Origin: Escherichia phage vB_EcoM-ZQ1
Reading direction: 5' to 3' (one strand)
DNA length: 64,000 nt
Sequence record: MW650886.1
A program made the position numbers and the translations under genes. Numbering within the stretch: the first letter of the stretch is position 1; each line of letters opens with the position of its first letter. The notes below the pieces were generated by a model, which saw nothing but the letters and a program-made list of their open reading frames with translations, ran no database searches and had not been told where the DNA came from. This document shows positions 47,843 to 56,671 of this stretch, one piece after another.

Positions 47843-47861
47843 GGGGGAATAAAGATCCCCC
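47843..47861 (-). terminator. stem-loop terminator
   Basis: ggggga-ataaaga-tccccc hairpin after tail tube gene. Confidence 0.45.
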
Positions 47862-47874
47862 AGCACTGAGGACA

Positions 47875-48408
47875 TTAGAGAGACTTGTCTGAAATGGCCT
47901 GGAAGTAACGCAGGTCAACAGTGAACTGAGTATAAGAGTCCATTGCAGACATGTCCAGTTCCAGCTGACCGAGGTTCTGAGGCCAGGTGCCCTGAAGGGT
48001 CCAGGTCTTGGTGACGTTGTCATTCGCATCCAGCAGTTCCATGATTACATCACGGAAATAATCATCTGGGTTAGCAGACGCACGGTTGTTGTTGCTACCG
48101 TTGATATACTGCTGCCAGACTTCGAATGCGTTGTACGGGGCGTTGTCCACGACGTTGATGAACGTCACAGGCAGAGCCTCGAAGCGGCGGTCACCTGGGA
48201 ATGGAAGTTCACGACCACCCCATGGGACGAGTATTTCCCCGAGCTGGCCTGTTGGGGTATTTGTGGTCACTGCCAACAGCGAAACATCACGGATAGTATC
48301 GCTTCCAGCCACGAAGGAAGGGAAGTTAACAGTCACACGCCAACGGTGTTGGCGCTGAACGCCGCCCCCGCGTGACATAGCTGCTCTGAATTCATTAACT
48401 GTAGCCAT
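47875..48408 (-). CDS. 19: tail tube protein, gp19-like
   Basis: 177 aa; C-terminal TWPQNLGQLELD resembles T4 gp19 LWPTNVGELQLD. Confidence 0.7.
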   Translation of the reverse strand: MATVNEFRAAMSRGGGVQRQHRWRVTVNFPSFVAGSDTIRDVSLLAVTTNTPTGQLGEILVPWGGRELPFPGDRRFEALPVTFINVVDNAPYNAFEVWQQYINGSNNNRASANPDDYFRDVIMELLDANDNVTKTWTLQGTWPQNLGQLELDMSAMDSYTQFTVDLRYFQAISDKSL

Positions 48409-48430
48409 GGTCGTTCTCCTCTGAATAGTG

Positions 48431-48441
48431 TAAATATTTAG
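48431..48441. promoter_or_regulatory. palindromic late-promoter-like element TAAATATTTA (bidirectional)
   Basis: reads CTAAATA on minus strand toward tube gene and GTAAATA on plus strand toward the endonuclease gene. Confidence 0.4.
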
Positions 48442-48474
48442 TTTTGAAATAAATGGGGGTTAAAATACTCCAAA

Positions 48475-50274
48475 GTGAGGATATTTATTATGCCATTCCC
48501 CGATAAAAATTGTTCATGCTGCCACAAACCGTTCACCCCAACCAGGAAGGCTGCGTTGTATTGTAGTGACGAATGTAAATCATTCATGCTGGGAACGATG
48601 AAACGCAATCCGAGTTTGTTGGATAACATCCCGACGACCGAAACCGAATGCCGCTCTTGGGTTGATAGTAAACTCAGGAAGAAAGATGGTTCGTTGAACT
48701 ACAAACTTATCTCTCATCCCCTACTCACGGCCCATACTGGGGTTGATGTTGTTGGATACGTGGTGTCACACAACGACCTATTAGAAGAACCACAAGCGAT
48801 AACTGCTTGGCTGTACGATATTCCGAAGTCGCAGTGTGTCACTTGCGGTGCTGACGTTGGCTTAGAAATGGAAGCCCAACCACCCAGATACAAAAAGTTT
48901 TGTTCCGAAGAATGTCAACGAGAATCGATGAAGGCGGGAGGCTCAGAACGGACCAACCTAGAAAGCGCCATATCAGAGAAATATGGCGTTTCTAGCACAT
49001 TCCAGCTGGAAGAAGTAAAACAAAAGTCACGGGAAACTGTCCTTAAGAAATATGGGGTCGACCACCCTATGAAGTCTGATGTTATAAAGGACAGAGTGGC
49101 TGCTTCCGTCATGGAACGCTATGGCGTATCACACGTCATGAAAATGCCAGAAGTGAGGGAAAGGGTGATTGAGACTTGGAGGAAGATCTATGGTGTGGAT
49201 CATCCAATGTTCCTCAATTCCATTATAGAAAAGAGAAAGAAAACATGCGTCTTAAAATATGGGGTTGATTATCCGTTGAAGGTAAAGGCTATATGGGATA
49301 GAAGCCAGGTCAATACCAGGATCATTTCAAAAGAAAAATACGGCGTACCTCACTATTTCTCTTCTGAAGAATATAGGAACTCTTTCACGTACCCCAGCAG
49401 CCAAAGCCAAACACAGCCAGAAATAGAAATATGTTCATATCTGGAGTCATTGGGCGTTATATGCGAATCTGGTAATTTCTCCATCCTCAGAGGTAAAATG
49501 TTCGACGGAAGGGTGACCACACGCCAGATAGACATATACTGCCCAGAACATAAGTTGGCAATAGAATTTAACGGCTTGTACTGGCATACAGAGAAACATC
49601 GATACAAAGACTACCATCTTGAAAAGACCATGTACTGTGAAGCCCAGGGTGTTCAATTAATCCATATCTGGGAAGATGAGTGGCGTGACAAACGGGAAGT
49701 GGTTAAATCACTCCTTAAAGCAAAATTGGGGATAGGGAAACCATTGTCATACGCTCGCCAACATACCATTTTAGAAGGCTCCTATAGGACGTCCAAGGAC
49801 TTTCTCGACCGATTCCATATACAAGGTGGTGTGGTGGCGACAGATTATATACACCTTGTAGACAAAACTGGGAATATCCAGGCGGTGATGTTGTTTACCA
49901 AACGAGTGCATGGTATTGAATTGGTGAGATTTGCTTCTAACAATTGTCATGGCGCATTCTCACGCTTGCTGAAATATTATATCGCTCGACATCGGGGTGA
50001 GACAGTATATTCTTTTGGTGATCGTTGTGTTGTCAGTCGTCTGAAAAATGTTTACCTGAATAACGGATTTGTTGAAAAGGAAATCCTTCCCCCTGATTAC
50101 AAATATGTGACTCCGGACTATGGCTCACGTATACACAAATTCAATTTCAGGAAAGAGAAATTCCTTAAACTTGGATACGATGTAGAAGGTAAAACAGAGG
50201 ATATGCTGGCGATAGAAGCCGGGTTGGGGCGTATCTGGGGGTGTGGTCTTATCCGGTATGAACTGGAAAACTAA
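48475..50274 (+). CDS. free-standing homing-endonuclease-like protein (paralog of 41023..42495)
   Basis: plus-strand gene inside minus-strand tail module; same Zn-ribbon, YGV..PMK repeat and Vsr/DUF559-like domain. Confidence 0.65.
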   Translation: MRIFIMPFPDKNCSCCHKPFTPTRKAALYCSDECKSFMLGTMKRNPSLLDNIPTTETECRSWVDSKLRKKDGSLNYKLISHPLLTAHTGVDVVGYVVSHNDLLEEPQAITAWLYDIPKSQCVTCGADVGLEMEAQPPRYKKFCSEECQRESMKAGGSERTNLESAISEKYGVSSTFQLEEVKQKSRETVLKKYGVDHPMKSDVIKDRVAASVMERYGVSHVMKMPEVRERVIETWRKIYGVDHPMFLNSIIEKRKKTCVLKYGVDYPLKVKAIWDRSQVNTRIISKEKYGVPHYFSSEEYRNSFTYPSSQSQTQPEIEICSYLESLGVICESGNFSILRGKMFDGRVTTRQIDIYCPEHKLAIEFNGLYWHTEKHRYKDYHLEKTMYCEAQGVQLIHIWEDEWRDKREVVKSLLKAKLGIGKPLSYARQHTILEGSYRTSKDFLDRFHIQGGVVATDYIHLVDKTGNIQAVMLFTKRVHGIELVRFASNNCHGAFSRLLKYYIARHRGETVYSFGDRCVVSRLKNVYLNNGFVEKEILPPDYKYVTPDYGSRIHKFNFRKEKFLKLGYDVEGKTEDMLAIEAGLGRIWGCGLIRYELEN

Positions 50275-50276
50275 AA

Positions 50277-50292
50277 CCCCGCCTCAGCGGGG
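50277..50292. terminator. bidirectional stem-loop terminator
   Basis: ccccgcctcagcgggg hairpin between convergent genes. Confidence 0.5.
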
Positions 50293-50299
50293 TAAACTA

Positions 50300-50656
50300 C
50301 TATTTGCGAATGCTAACCTGAGCATAATACACATAATAATCACCGTGGGCACGGAAGCTGGTGAGGTGGAAGGTGACGAGGTGGCTCCCGAAAGCTACAA
50401 CTTTGGTATCTGGGGAGCATAAATCATTAGCTAGTTCACCCAGAACCTTACCACAAAACTCCCCAACAATAGCGTTAAATCTGTCAATGTGTGGACTGGT
50501 CACCGTCATTGGACCAACATCTGCACAGTAGATCCCTTTTATCATCTTTCCCTGGCTGTCGCGTACTGGCTTTGCAGGCTGGTAAGGATTGATGCGGCGT
50601 TTCAGGTTACAGAGGCCGATTTCTTTCAGGATAGCGTTAATTTCGGTCTTGGTCAT
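50300..50656 (-). CDS. hypothetical early protein (118 aa)
   Basis: conserved leader ...GGAACTATATC-ATG and early promoter. Confidence 0.5.
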   Translation of the reverse strand: MTKTEINAILKEIGLCNLKRRINPYQPAKPVRDSQGKMIKGIYCADVGPMTVTSPHIDRFNAIVGEFCGKVLGELANDLCSPDTKVVAFGSHLVTFHLTSFRAHGDYYVYYAQVSIRK

Positions 50657-50704
50657 GATATAGTTCCTTCGTTTCAAGTTGGTGTCGTACTGCTTATGTT
50701 TAGA

Positions 50705-50733
50705 ATTATACGTGAGTTATTGAAGAAGTAAAG
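50705..50733 (-). promoter_or_regulatory. T4-type early promoter (-35 TTTACT, -10 TATAAT)
   Basis: TTTACT - 16 bp - TATAAT. Confidence 0.5.
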
Positions 50734-50767
50734 TAATTCAATAAAATAATCTGGGAAAAATTTAAAA

Positions 50768-50783
50768 CCCCGCCGAAGCGGGG
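50768..50783 (-). terminator. stem-loop terminator (identical to 42557..42572)
   Basis: ccccgccgaagcgggg hairpin. Confidence 0.55.
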
Positions 50784-50788
50784 TCTTG

Positions 50789-51091
50789 TTACACTTTGCT
50801 GTATTTCTTAAACAATTTACCGAGTTCACCTGGGGCTTCTCGAGTTCCAGCAGCTTTGCTAACAACCTGTTTATCTTTCTTCAGGTCGAATACTTTGATC
50901 TCTTTGCCATTATATGTATATTCAAAATCATCAATGGTTATGCGGAAGAAATCTCCAAATACTCCATTTTCGATATCACCCTTTTTGAGCCTTACATCTT
51001 GGTCTTCCAACCATTCAATCACGGAGTCTTTAACTTTCTGAAGGTCACCTTTTAGGCCTGCTTCTGCTAAAAATTGAGAAAAACTTTTCAT
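50789..51091 (-). CDS. hypothetical protein (100 aa)
   Basis: ORF with GAGG RBS directly after sheath terminator. Confidence 0.45.
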   Translation of the reverse strand: MKSFSQFLAEAGLKGDLQKVKDSVIEWLEDQDVRLKKGDIENGVFGDFFRITIDDFEYTYNGKEIKVFDLKKDKQVVSKAAGTREAPGELGKLFKKYSKV

Positions 51092-51102
51092 AACAATACC
51101 TC

Positions 51103-51120
51103 AATGTGCCCTCCGAAGAG
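51103..51120 (-). terminator. stem-loop terminator
   Basis: tgccctc-cgaa-gagggca hairpin downstream of sheath gene. Confidence 0.45.
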
Positions 51121-51133
51121 GGCATGGAGTAAA

Positions 51134-53029
51134 TTAAGAAGCGGCTACGATACCACCACCAGTTTCGATCTCGCTGAACTCCATGTCCGGACGTACCGCA
51201 GCAAAGTCCAGATACACCCAGTTGATGGAGTATTCTGGTTTCAGCCAGATACCCGCGACCATCTGGTTCGCAGCGATAACATCAGCGGTGTTGTTGTCCT
51301 CGTCACACTTCACCATCCCGTCATAGATCGCGCCCATGTTGGCCAACTGGCGGATATATGGGCGGACAGCGTTGCTGAACAACCCACGAGTGAATGCATC
51401 GTTGTTCTCACCAAGGTAGTATTTGGCGATGGCTGCGATGTTCTGTTCTGCCATAATGAACAGACCACGAACGTTGATGCGGTCGAACGCAGATGGGCGG
51501 GTCAGGCCAGTCTTGTCGCCGTACAACACGATGCCTTCGTTGGAGAAGGTGACGATGCTGTTGATCTGGTTGCGATACAGCACAGCACGCTCATCAGAAG
51601 ACGCAGACCACGCCATTCGATTATAGTTGTTGTATTTACCACGGTTGTGGAACGCTGGAGACTTGTAGATACCCGCGATTTCAATGCTTCGCGCCCAAAC
51701 ACCTGCGGTGCCGCCACAAGCCGGAATCCAACGCATTTTGTCGTTGTACTTGTCGTACACATACGCCCAGTTGTCATCCATGAAGAAGTAGGAGGAGTCG
51801 CGAACAAGGCTTTCACGCCAGGCCACAACATCATCCATCTCACGGCCACGGTTTCCGACGACCGTATCGCGAAGAGGAGACACGAAGGACACTGTGTCTT
51901 TACGCTCAGTGGACAGGTCGATCAGTGCCTGCTGCTCAATCAGTTCTTCACAGAAACCGAACACTGGCTTGGCATCATACGCTTCGGCGTTGTTCAGTGC
52001 CTGGATAGCCGCAACACGGTTCCCAGTGTAATCGTCTACACCACCTTCGAGTTCAATGACACCAGCAGCCAGGGTAGTGGCGAAGGTGTACACCCAATTT
52101 GAGGTGTCGTTGATCACGTCTTTGAAGTACGCATTGGATCCATCAGATTTCTTAGAACCCTGAGCGGTCTGCACCAGTTCATACTTCTCGATGATCGTAC
52201 CGGAAGCACCAACAGTGGTGACGGCAGCGGTAGCAGTCAGACCATTCGCGTCTGGAACAATCGCAGTCGCAGCCTGAGGACCGATTGCTTTGTGAGTGAC
52301 GGTGACGGTGTTGGACTTCACGACAACAGAAGAATACACTTCAGACAGGGACGTCAGCGCAGTTCCGATCTTTGTCGCCAGAGTCGCCGGGGTGTCAGCG
52401 TCAGTGTACGCCACGGCTTCACCAGCAACAGAGATGGAACCAGCAGCGGTGGCAGTACCGGATACAGAGATACGATCAACCTGGCTAACAGCACCAGAAG
52501 AGTCGGTGATGCGACCTACTTTGTCAACGATGGCGATATGGTACTCGCCATCCTGCGGAGCATATGCGAAGTTGTTACGGAATTCCCAGGTCGGGAACAG
52601 CGCAGCGTCACAGATGTTCACAGCAATGTCGTTACCCAGAGAGCCAGCATAGCGGCCTGTCCAGGTAATAGACGCAGATGGAGACGCAGTTTCGAAGTCT
52701 AATTTGTTGCGGATAAGGATTGCAGTCTGACCTTTGGTTACAGCGTTGCGTGCCGCCGGACCGACCACACGGGTCACCCATGCAACAGAGCTGTAAGACA
52801 GGAAGTCAGCAATCACTAAGAAGTCGGTGGCAGTTGCATCGTTTGGCTTGAAGAATTTCTTCACCAGACCAGTTTCGCCACCAGTGACCAACACAGGGAG
52901 TTCTGCTTCACCCCATTGGAATTTGCCGACAGTCGCACCCTGAACAACAACGGATGGAGACGTCTGAAGCGTGGCATCACGCTCAGTCCACTGTACGGAC
53001 GGCGCAACGCTGAAGCTTTGAGTTGCCAT
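51134..53029 (-). CDS. 18: tail sheath protein, gp18-like
   Basis: N-terminal GKFQWGEA matches T4 gp18 GKFQWGPA; 631 aa; start at internal ATG 53029. Confidence 0.8.
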   Translation of the reverse strand: MATQSFSVAPSVQWTERDATLQTSPSVVVQGATVGKFQWGEAELPVLVTGGETGLVKKFFKPNDATATDFLVIADFLSYSSVAWVTRVVGPAARNAVTKGQTAILIRNKLDFETASPSASITWTGRYAGSLGNDIAVNICDAALFPTWEFRNNFAYAPQDGEYHIAIVDKVGRITDSSGAVSQVDRISVSGTATAAGSISVAGEAVAYTDADTPATLATKIGTALTSLSEVYSSVVVKSNTVTVTHKAIGPQAATAIVPDANGLTATAAVTTVGASGTIIEKYELVQTAQGSKKSDGSNAYFKDVINDTSNWVYTFATTLAAGVIELEGGVDDYTGNRVAAIQALNNAEAYDAKPVFGFCEELIEQQALIDLSTERKDTVSFVSPLRDTVVGNRGREMDDVVAWRESLVRDSSYFFMDDNWAYVYDKYNDKMRWIPACGGTAGVWARSIEIAGIYKSPAFHNRGKYNNYNRMAWSASSDERAVLYRNQINSIVTFSNEGIVLYGDKTGLTRPSAFDRINVRGLFIMAEQNIAAIAKYYLGENNDAFTRGLFSNAVRPYIRQLANMGAIYDGMVKCDEDNNTADVIAANQMVAGIWLKPEYSINWVYLDFAAVRPDMEFSEIETGGGIVAAS

Positions 53030-53071
53030 AATCTTATTCCTTCTCTGTAGAGTTTCGCTCAATTTGAAAGA

Positions 53072-53078
53072 TATTTAG
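53072..53078 (-). promoter_or_regulatory. late-promoter-like motif CTAAATA
   Basis: CACTAAATATC ~38 bp upstream of sheath ATG. Confidence 0.4.
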
Positions 53079-53081
53079 TGA

Positions 53082-55307
53082 TCACCGTCTCAGCCATTCT
53101 TCCATAGACATACCAGAGCGTTCATCATAAACCTGAATTCCACCGAACCCTGAGATGTTCTCCACAGAGTGAGGATCTGGCGTCGACATCATACCCCCAA
53201 ATGGTAGCATCTGAGATTCTTCCATCGCAGACAACCGTCCTCTCATGTCCACAGAGATATTTGAATTGGTGAGATCACTAAACCATTCTTGTTTCACCGC
53301 CCATGCATACAACACGAGGGGCATTACACAGTCATCATGACAACCATCATCGGCTTCATACCTTGTTCCAGTCCATACGAATGTACTGAGTTCATCTATC
53401 GTGTCCTGGTCATCTATCACCAGCATTTCACGTTCAATCAGGGCTTTCAGGTTGGCACAGCCGTTTGTGCGCACCTTCTTGTTGGTATTGATACCAGGCT
53501 CAGGGCGGCGACCACCGATTCTCTTGCCTGTACCCTTGGTATCTGTTGTAGTGAATATGATCTCGGGATATTCAATTTCCTGATATAGAATTGTGATTAC
53601 CTGACCACCCACGTCGTTGTTGGTCTCGACTAGCATCGGGCACGTTCCATACTTCTCACCCATATCGGCGATTGTGTACGCATACATCATTGGAGGTATC
53701 GTGTTATTTCGATACTTGGCTGCGATCTTGTGAGGATAGTCTGTGATGTCGATAATGGTCAGTACAGAATAATCCCCTTCGACACCCTTGCCTGTATCTG
53801 CGATACCCATATAGATGCGCTTAGGATCGTAGTCGTGATAAATCTTGGTGAACTCGTTCGGCTCCTGGTACAGCTTCGAGGTCATCTTGTCCAGACACTT
53901 GGCAGGTATCAGTGATCCCACAGAACCACGGAACTTAATGCCAAATTCTTGATCGAAACGCGCATCACCCAGCTTCGCCCTTTGTTTGGATTCCCAGTCT
54001 GGATCTTTGGTGTACGTTGGAACACGATACCATGGGACCTCGGTGAGTTTGAAGTCGTTGTATTGTGGGTGTTCTGGGTTCGCCTTGGTGACGATGTCGT
54101 AGAACAACCCGCGCTGACCTTTCGGCGTACTGGTCAGAATACAACGTGAAGTCTCTGCAGATGCAATCGCCGGGAATGTAGACTCCCAGAATTCAAAGTC
54201 GTTTTCAATGAACGCCACTTCGTCCACATACAGGAGCGATACAGATCGACCACGGATGGAGTCGGAAGATGTCGCATAGGCGTAGATCTTTGATCCGTTT
54301 TCGAACTCGATCAGTGTGGAACCGAACTTCTCACAACCCTGTTGGAGGAAGAATGGCAAATCTTGATATGCTTTGCGAATACGATCTAGGATTTCAATCG
54401 CCTGCTTCTCTTTGTTCGCCAGTACTGCGATCTCTTTGTCGGAGTGGAACATCGCATACCAGAGCAGGAACGCTGCCACGACTGTCGTGTTGTGGCTGAG
54501 GAAGCCGTTGGTGTAGTAGCGCTGATCACTAGATTTCACCTGTAGGTCATACATGTGATGCGTCTCACCAGTCTGCCAAACCTCGCGGATTTCTTCTGGA
54601 CCTTCTGACGTCATGATGTATGACCCAGCATTCAGGTCTTTGGCAAATATCTCCTTCATTTCCGGAGTGAAGAATATATGTTCGTCGGCCACGTTAATTC
54701 GCCGCCCAGTAACAGTCACAATAACGAATTCCGCATATTTCTTCGTCTTATGCGCTGCGATAACCGGAACCCAGCCACTATCGGATTGCACAAAGTAACG
54801 TTTGCCAAAGCGGCTGTCCACGAACTTGTCATGGTTGCCAATGGTATTCAGCGGCACAGCGTGGTTGACGTCCTCGAAGCGGCTGTGAAGCTCCCCTATG
54901 GTTAGGAGCAACTGCTCTTGGCTGAGAGTATCGTAAACTGTGACAAGCGTGTCACCTTTTACACATTTCCCAGACTGACGAGCCTGGACGACCGCATTGA
55001 ATCGATAGTCCTGGAAGTCATGGAACAACTGCTTCTGATAATCGTGCATGTCAAAGAGGATGAAGCCTTTATCGATGGTCGTGATCTTGTAGTAGTTGGC
55101 AGCGAAGTAATGGGCGTCCATCGCACACTCGACGAACTCCGATTCTTGTTCGTCGGTTAGCATCAACTCCACACGAGGAGCGCGCACAGACGGCTTGCGC
55201 ATGAACGTTTGGTCCATACGCAGTCTGACGTCTGGTGTTTTAAAACCAGTTTTCTCTGGTGCCCAATCTATCTCTTTTTTATACGCCATCGTCTTCACCT
55301 TCTCCAT
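53082..55307 (-). CDS. 17: terminase large subunit, gp17-like, interrupted by a mini-intein
   Basis: exteins read ...VVQARQSGK / TTVVAAFLLW, matching T4 gp17 Walker A SRQLGKTTVVAIFLAHF. Confidence 0.85.
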   Translation of the reverse strand: MEKVKTMAYKKEIDWAPEKTGFKTPDVRLRMDQTFMRKPSVRAPRVELMLTDEQESEFVECAMDAHYFAANYYKITTIDKGFILFDMHDYQKQLFHDFQDYRFNAVVQARQSGKCVKGDTLVTVYDTLSQEQLLLTIGELHSRFEDVNHAVPLNTIGNHDKFVDSRFGKRYFVQSDSGWVPVIAAHKTKKYAEFVIVTVTGRRINVADEHIFFTPEMKEIFAKDLNAGSYIMTSEGPEEIREVWQTGETHHMYDLQVKSSDQRYYTNGFLSHNTTVVAAFLLWYAMFHSDKEIAVLANKEKQAIEILDRIRKAYQDLPFFLQQGCEKFGSTLIEFENGSKIYAYATSSDSIRGRSVSLLYVDEVAFIENDFEFWESTFPAIASAETSRCILTSTPKGQRGLFYDIVTKANPEHPQYNDFKLTEVPWYRVPTYTKDPDWESKQRAKLGDARFDQEFGIKFRGSVGSLIPAKCLDKMTSKLYQEPNEFTKIYHDYDPKRIYMGIADTGKGVEGDYSVLTIIDITDYPHKIAAKYRNNTIPPMMYAYTIADMGEKYGTCPMLVETNNDVGGQVITILYQEIEYPEIIFTTTDTKGTGKRIGGRRPEPGINTNKKVRTNGCANLKALIEREMLVIDDQDTIDELSTFVWTGTRYEADDGCHDDCVMPLVLYAWAVKQEWFSDLTNSNISVDMRGRLSAMEESQMLPFGGMMSTPDPHSVENISGFGGIQVYDERSGMSMEEWLRR
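54489..54965 (-). mobile_element. mini-intein (159 aa) in terminase Walker A P-loop
   Basis: starts Cys (CVKGDTLV), block-B-like INVADEHIFFT, block F/G YDLQV ... TNGFLSHN followed by Thr; no endonuclease domain. Confidence 0.75.
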
Positions 55308-55977
55308 TCGGCTCTGCCTGAACGTCGATTACATCTTCTTCGGGATCAGGTCCTTTGGGCGCAGCTTTCGCTGCAGCACGTTCTTCAGCACGTTTACGGG
55401 CGTCTTCGATGGTCTTCAGTAGATCACGGGAAGACCTGGCCTGTTTACCGACGTTGACCGTGGTTGTGCCATCAGGGGACGTGGTGACCTCGACGGTTGT
55501 TTCGTCTCCAGGAGGTGGCTCTCTGTCGCCCGTGACCGCCTTGATAGTTTTCTGGTTCTCCATCAGGTCTTTGTTCAGGCCGCGCATAAGTTCACCCAAC
55601 TCTTTGAAGACTGTGAAGGCGCGGGGTGCTTCAGTCGTCGTCGCAAGTTTGGCTGCCTGTCCCATCATGAACATCGTGGCTTCCTGCATGGCATAAGTCG
55701 TGTCACGGATGCGTTTGTAGTCGGTGGTGGCATCAGTGTCTTCGAAGTCTGGAACCTTAGACTCCTTGGGCTTCAGCTCTTCTGGGTCCAATGAAGGAGG
55801 AAACACCACAGGCTCATACCCCGCAGGCTTTTCACCCAACCATTCGCCTGTATCCGGATCGTAATCTTTTCTGGCCATAGGCGAGGTCTTCTCCATGACT
55901 TCTTGAGCGACCTCATCCCGCGCTTGGATAGCACTGAGGGTGGATAATAGGCGTTCTGACATAGCACTCATAATCAA
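55279..55977 (-). CDS. putative terminase small subunit, gp16 position
   Basis: 232-aa ORF immediately upstream of and overlapping the large terminase gene. Confidence 0.45.
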   Translation of the reverse strand: MIMSAMSERLLSTLSAIQARDEVAQEVMEKTSPMARKDYDPDTGEWLGEKPAGYEPVVFPPSLDPEELKPKESKVPDFEDTDATTDYKRIRDTTYAMQEATMFMMGQAAKLATTTEAPRAFTVFKELGELMRGLNKDLMENQKTIKAVTGDREPPPGDETTVEVTTSPDGTTTVNVGKQARSSRDLLKTIEDARKRAEERAAAKAAPKGPDPEEDVIDVQAEPNGEGEDDGV

Positions 55978-56669
55978 TCTCCAGGATGATGTACACCGTC
56001 TTTGTCAACACGGAACCACTCCGGCAGTTCCGTCCACGGTGTTTTCAAATCATTAGACATTTCGATAATTATCTCTTTGATCCCGTTAGGATCCCCGCCT
56101 CCCTCGTTGTCTACCCAATAGTCATACCCGTAGATGAAGCCGCTCAGCTGGAACATGAAGGAGCAGTCGACGTGTGGTGAATCAGAAGCATCCCCTTCCC
56201 AGTTATCGGACATCTGGTGGCTGATCAGTTGGATCTTGATCTTCTGGTCTTGCTGTAGTGTATCGTTGTCCTTGATACCACAGTCTAGAGAGGGAGTGAA
56301 TACCGAATAAACCTGCTCTAGCACCTGTAACATCTCAACTAATTTCTTGGTTCGGATATTGTACTCAAAATCGATAATCAGGGGGATTCGCTGCTTCGCC
56401 CCTGCTGTTGGTGTCGATTGTCGATTGTGGTACGTCTTCGTCACCTGTTTGTTGATCTCAAACTGACCAAAAGAGAAGGTCGCAAATGGAAGCATGTTGG
56501 ACGGCACGTTCCTGTTGAGGTCATTGCGTCTCCCGATGGCCATGTGTAATGGGACTTCCATAAGACCACGCTCTGTGTTCACCTTCAGATCAGACATAAT
56601 GGTGGCAAACAGATTGATGTATTTCATCAATGAATCATGGTAGAAGTAATTTTCAAATGGTCTGGCCAT
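55974..56669 (-). CDS. virion protein at gp15 position (tail completion/neck)
   Basis: synteny only. Confidence 0.35.
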   Translation of the reverse strand: MARPFENYFYHDSLMKYINLFATIMSDLKVNTERGLMEVPLHMAIGRRNDLNRNVPSNMLPFATFSFGQFEINKQVTKTYHNRQSTPTAGAKQRIPLIIDFEYNIRTKKLVEMLQVLEQVYSVFTPSLDCGIKDNDTLQQDQKIKIQLISHQMSDNWEGDASDSPHVDCSFMFQLSGFIYGYDYWVDNEGGGDPNGIKEIIIEMSNDLKTPWTELPEWFRVDKDGVHHPGD

Positions 56670-56671
56670 GA

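Noticed and set aside
51074-52102. 342-aa plus-strand ORF
   Set aside because: Antisense to the tail sheath gene (GKFQWG motif on minus strand).
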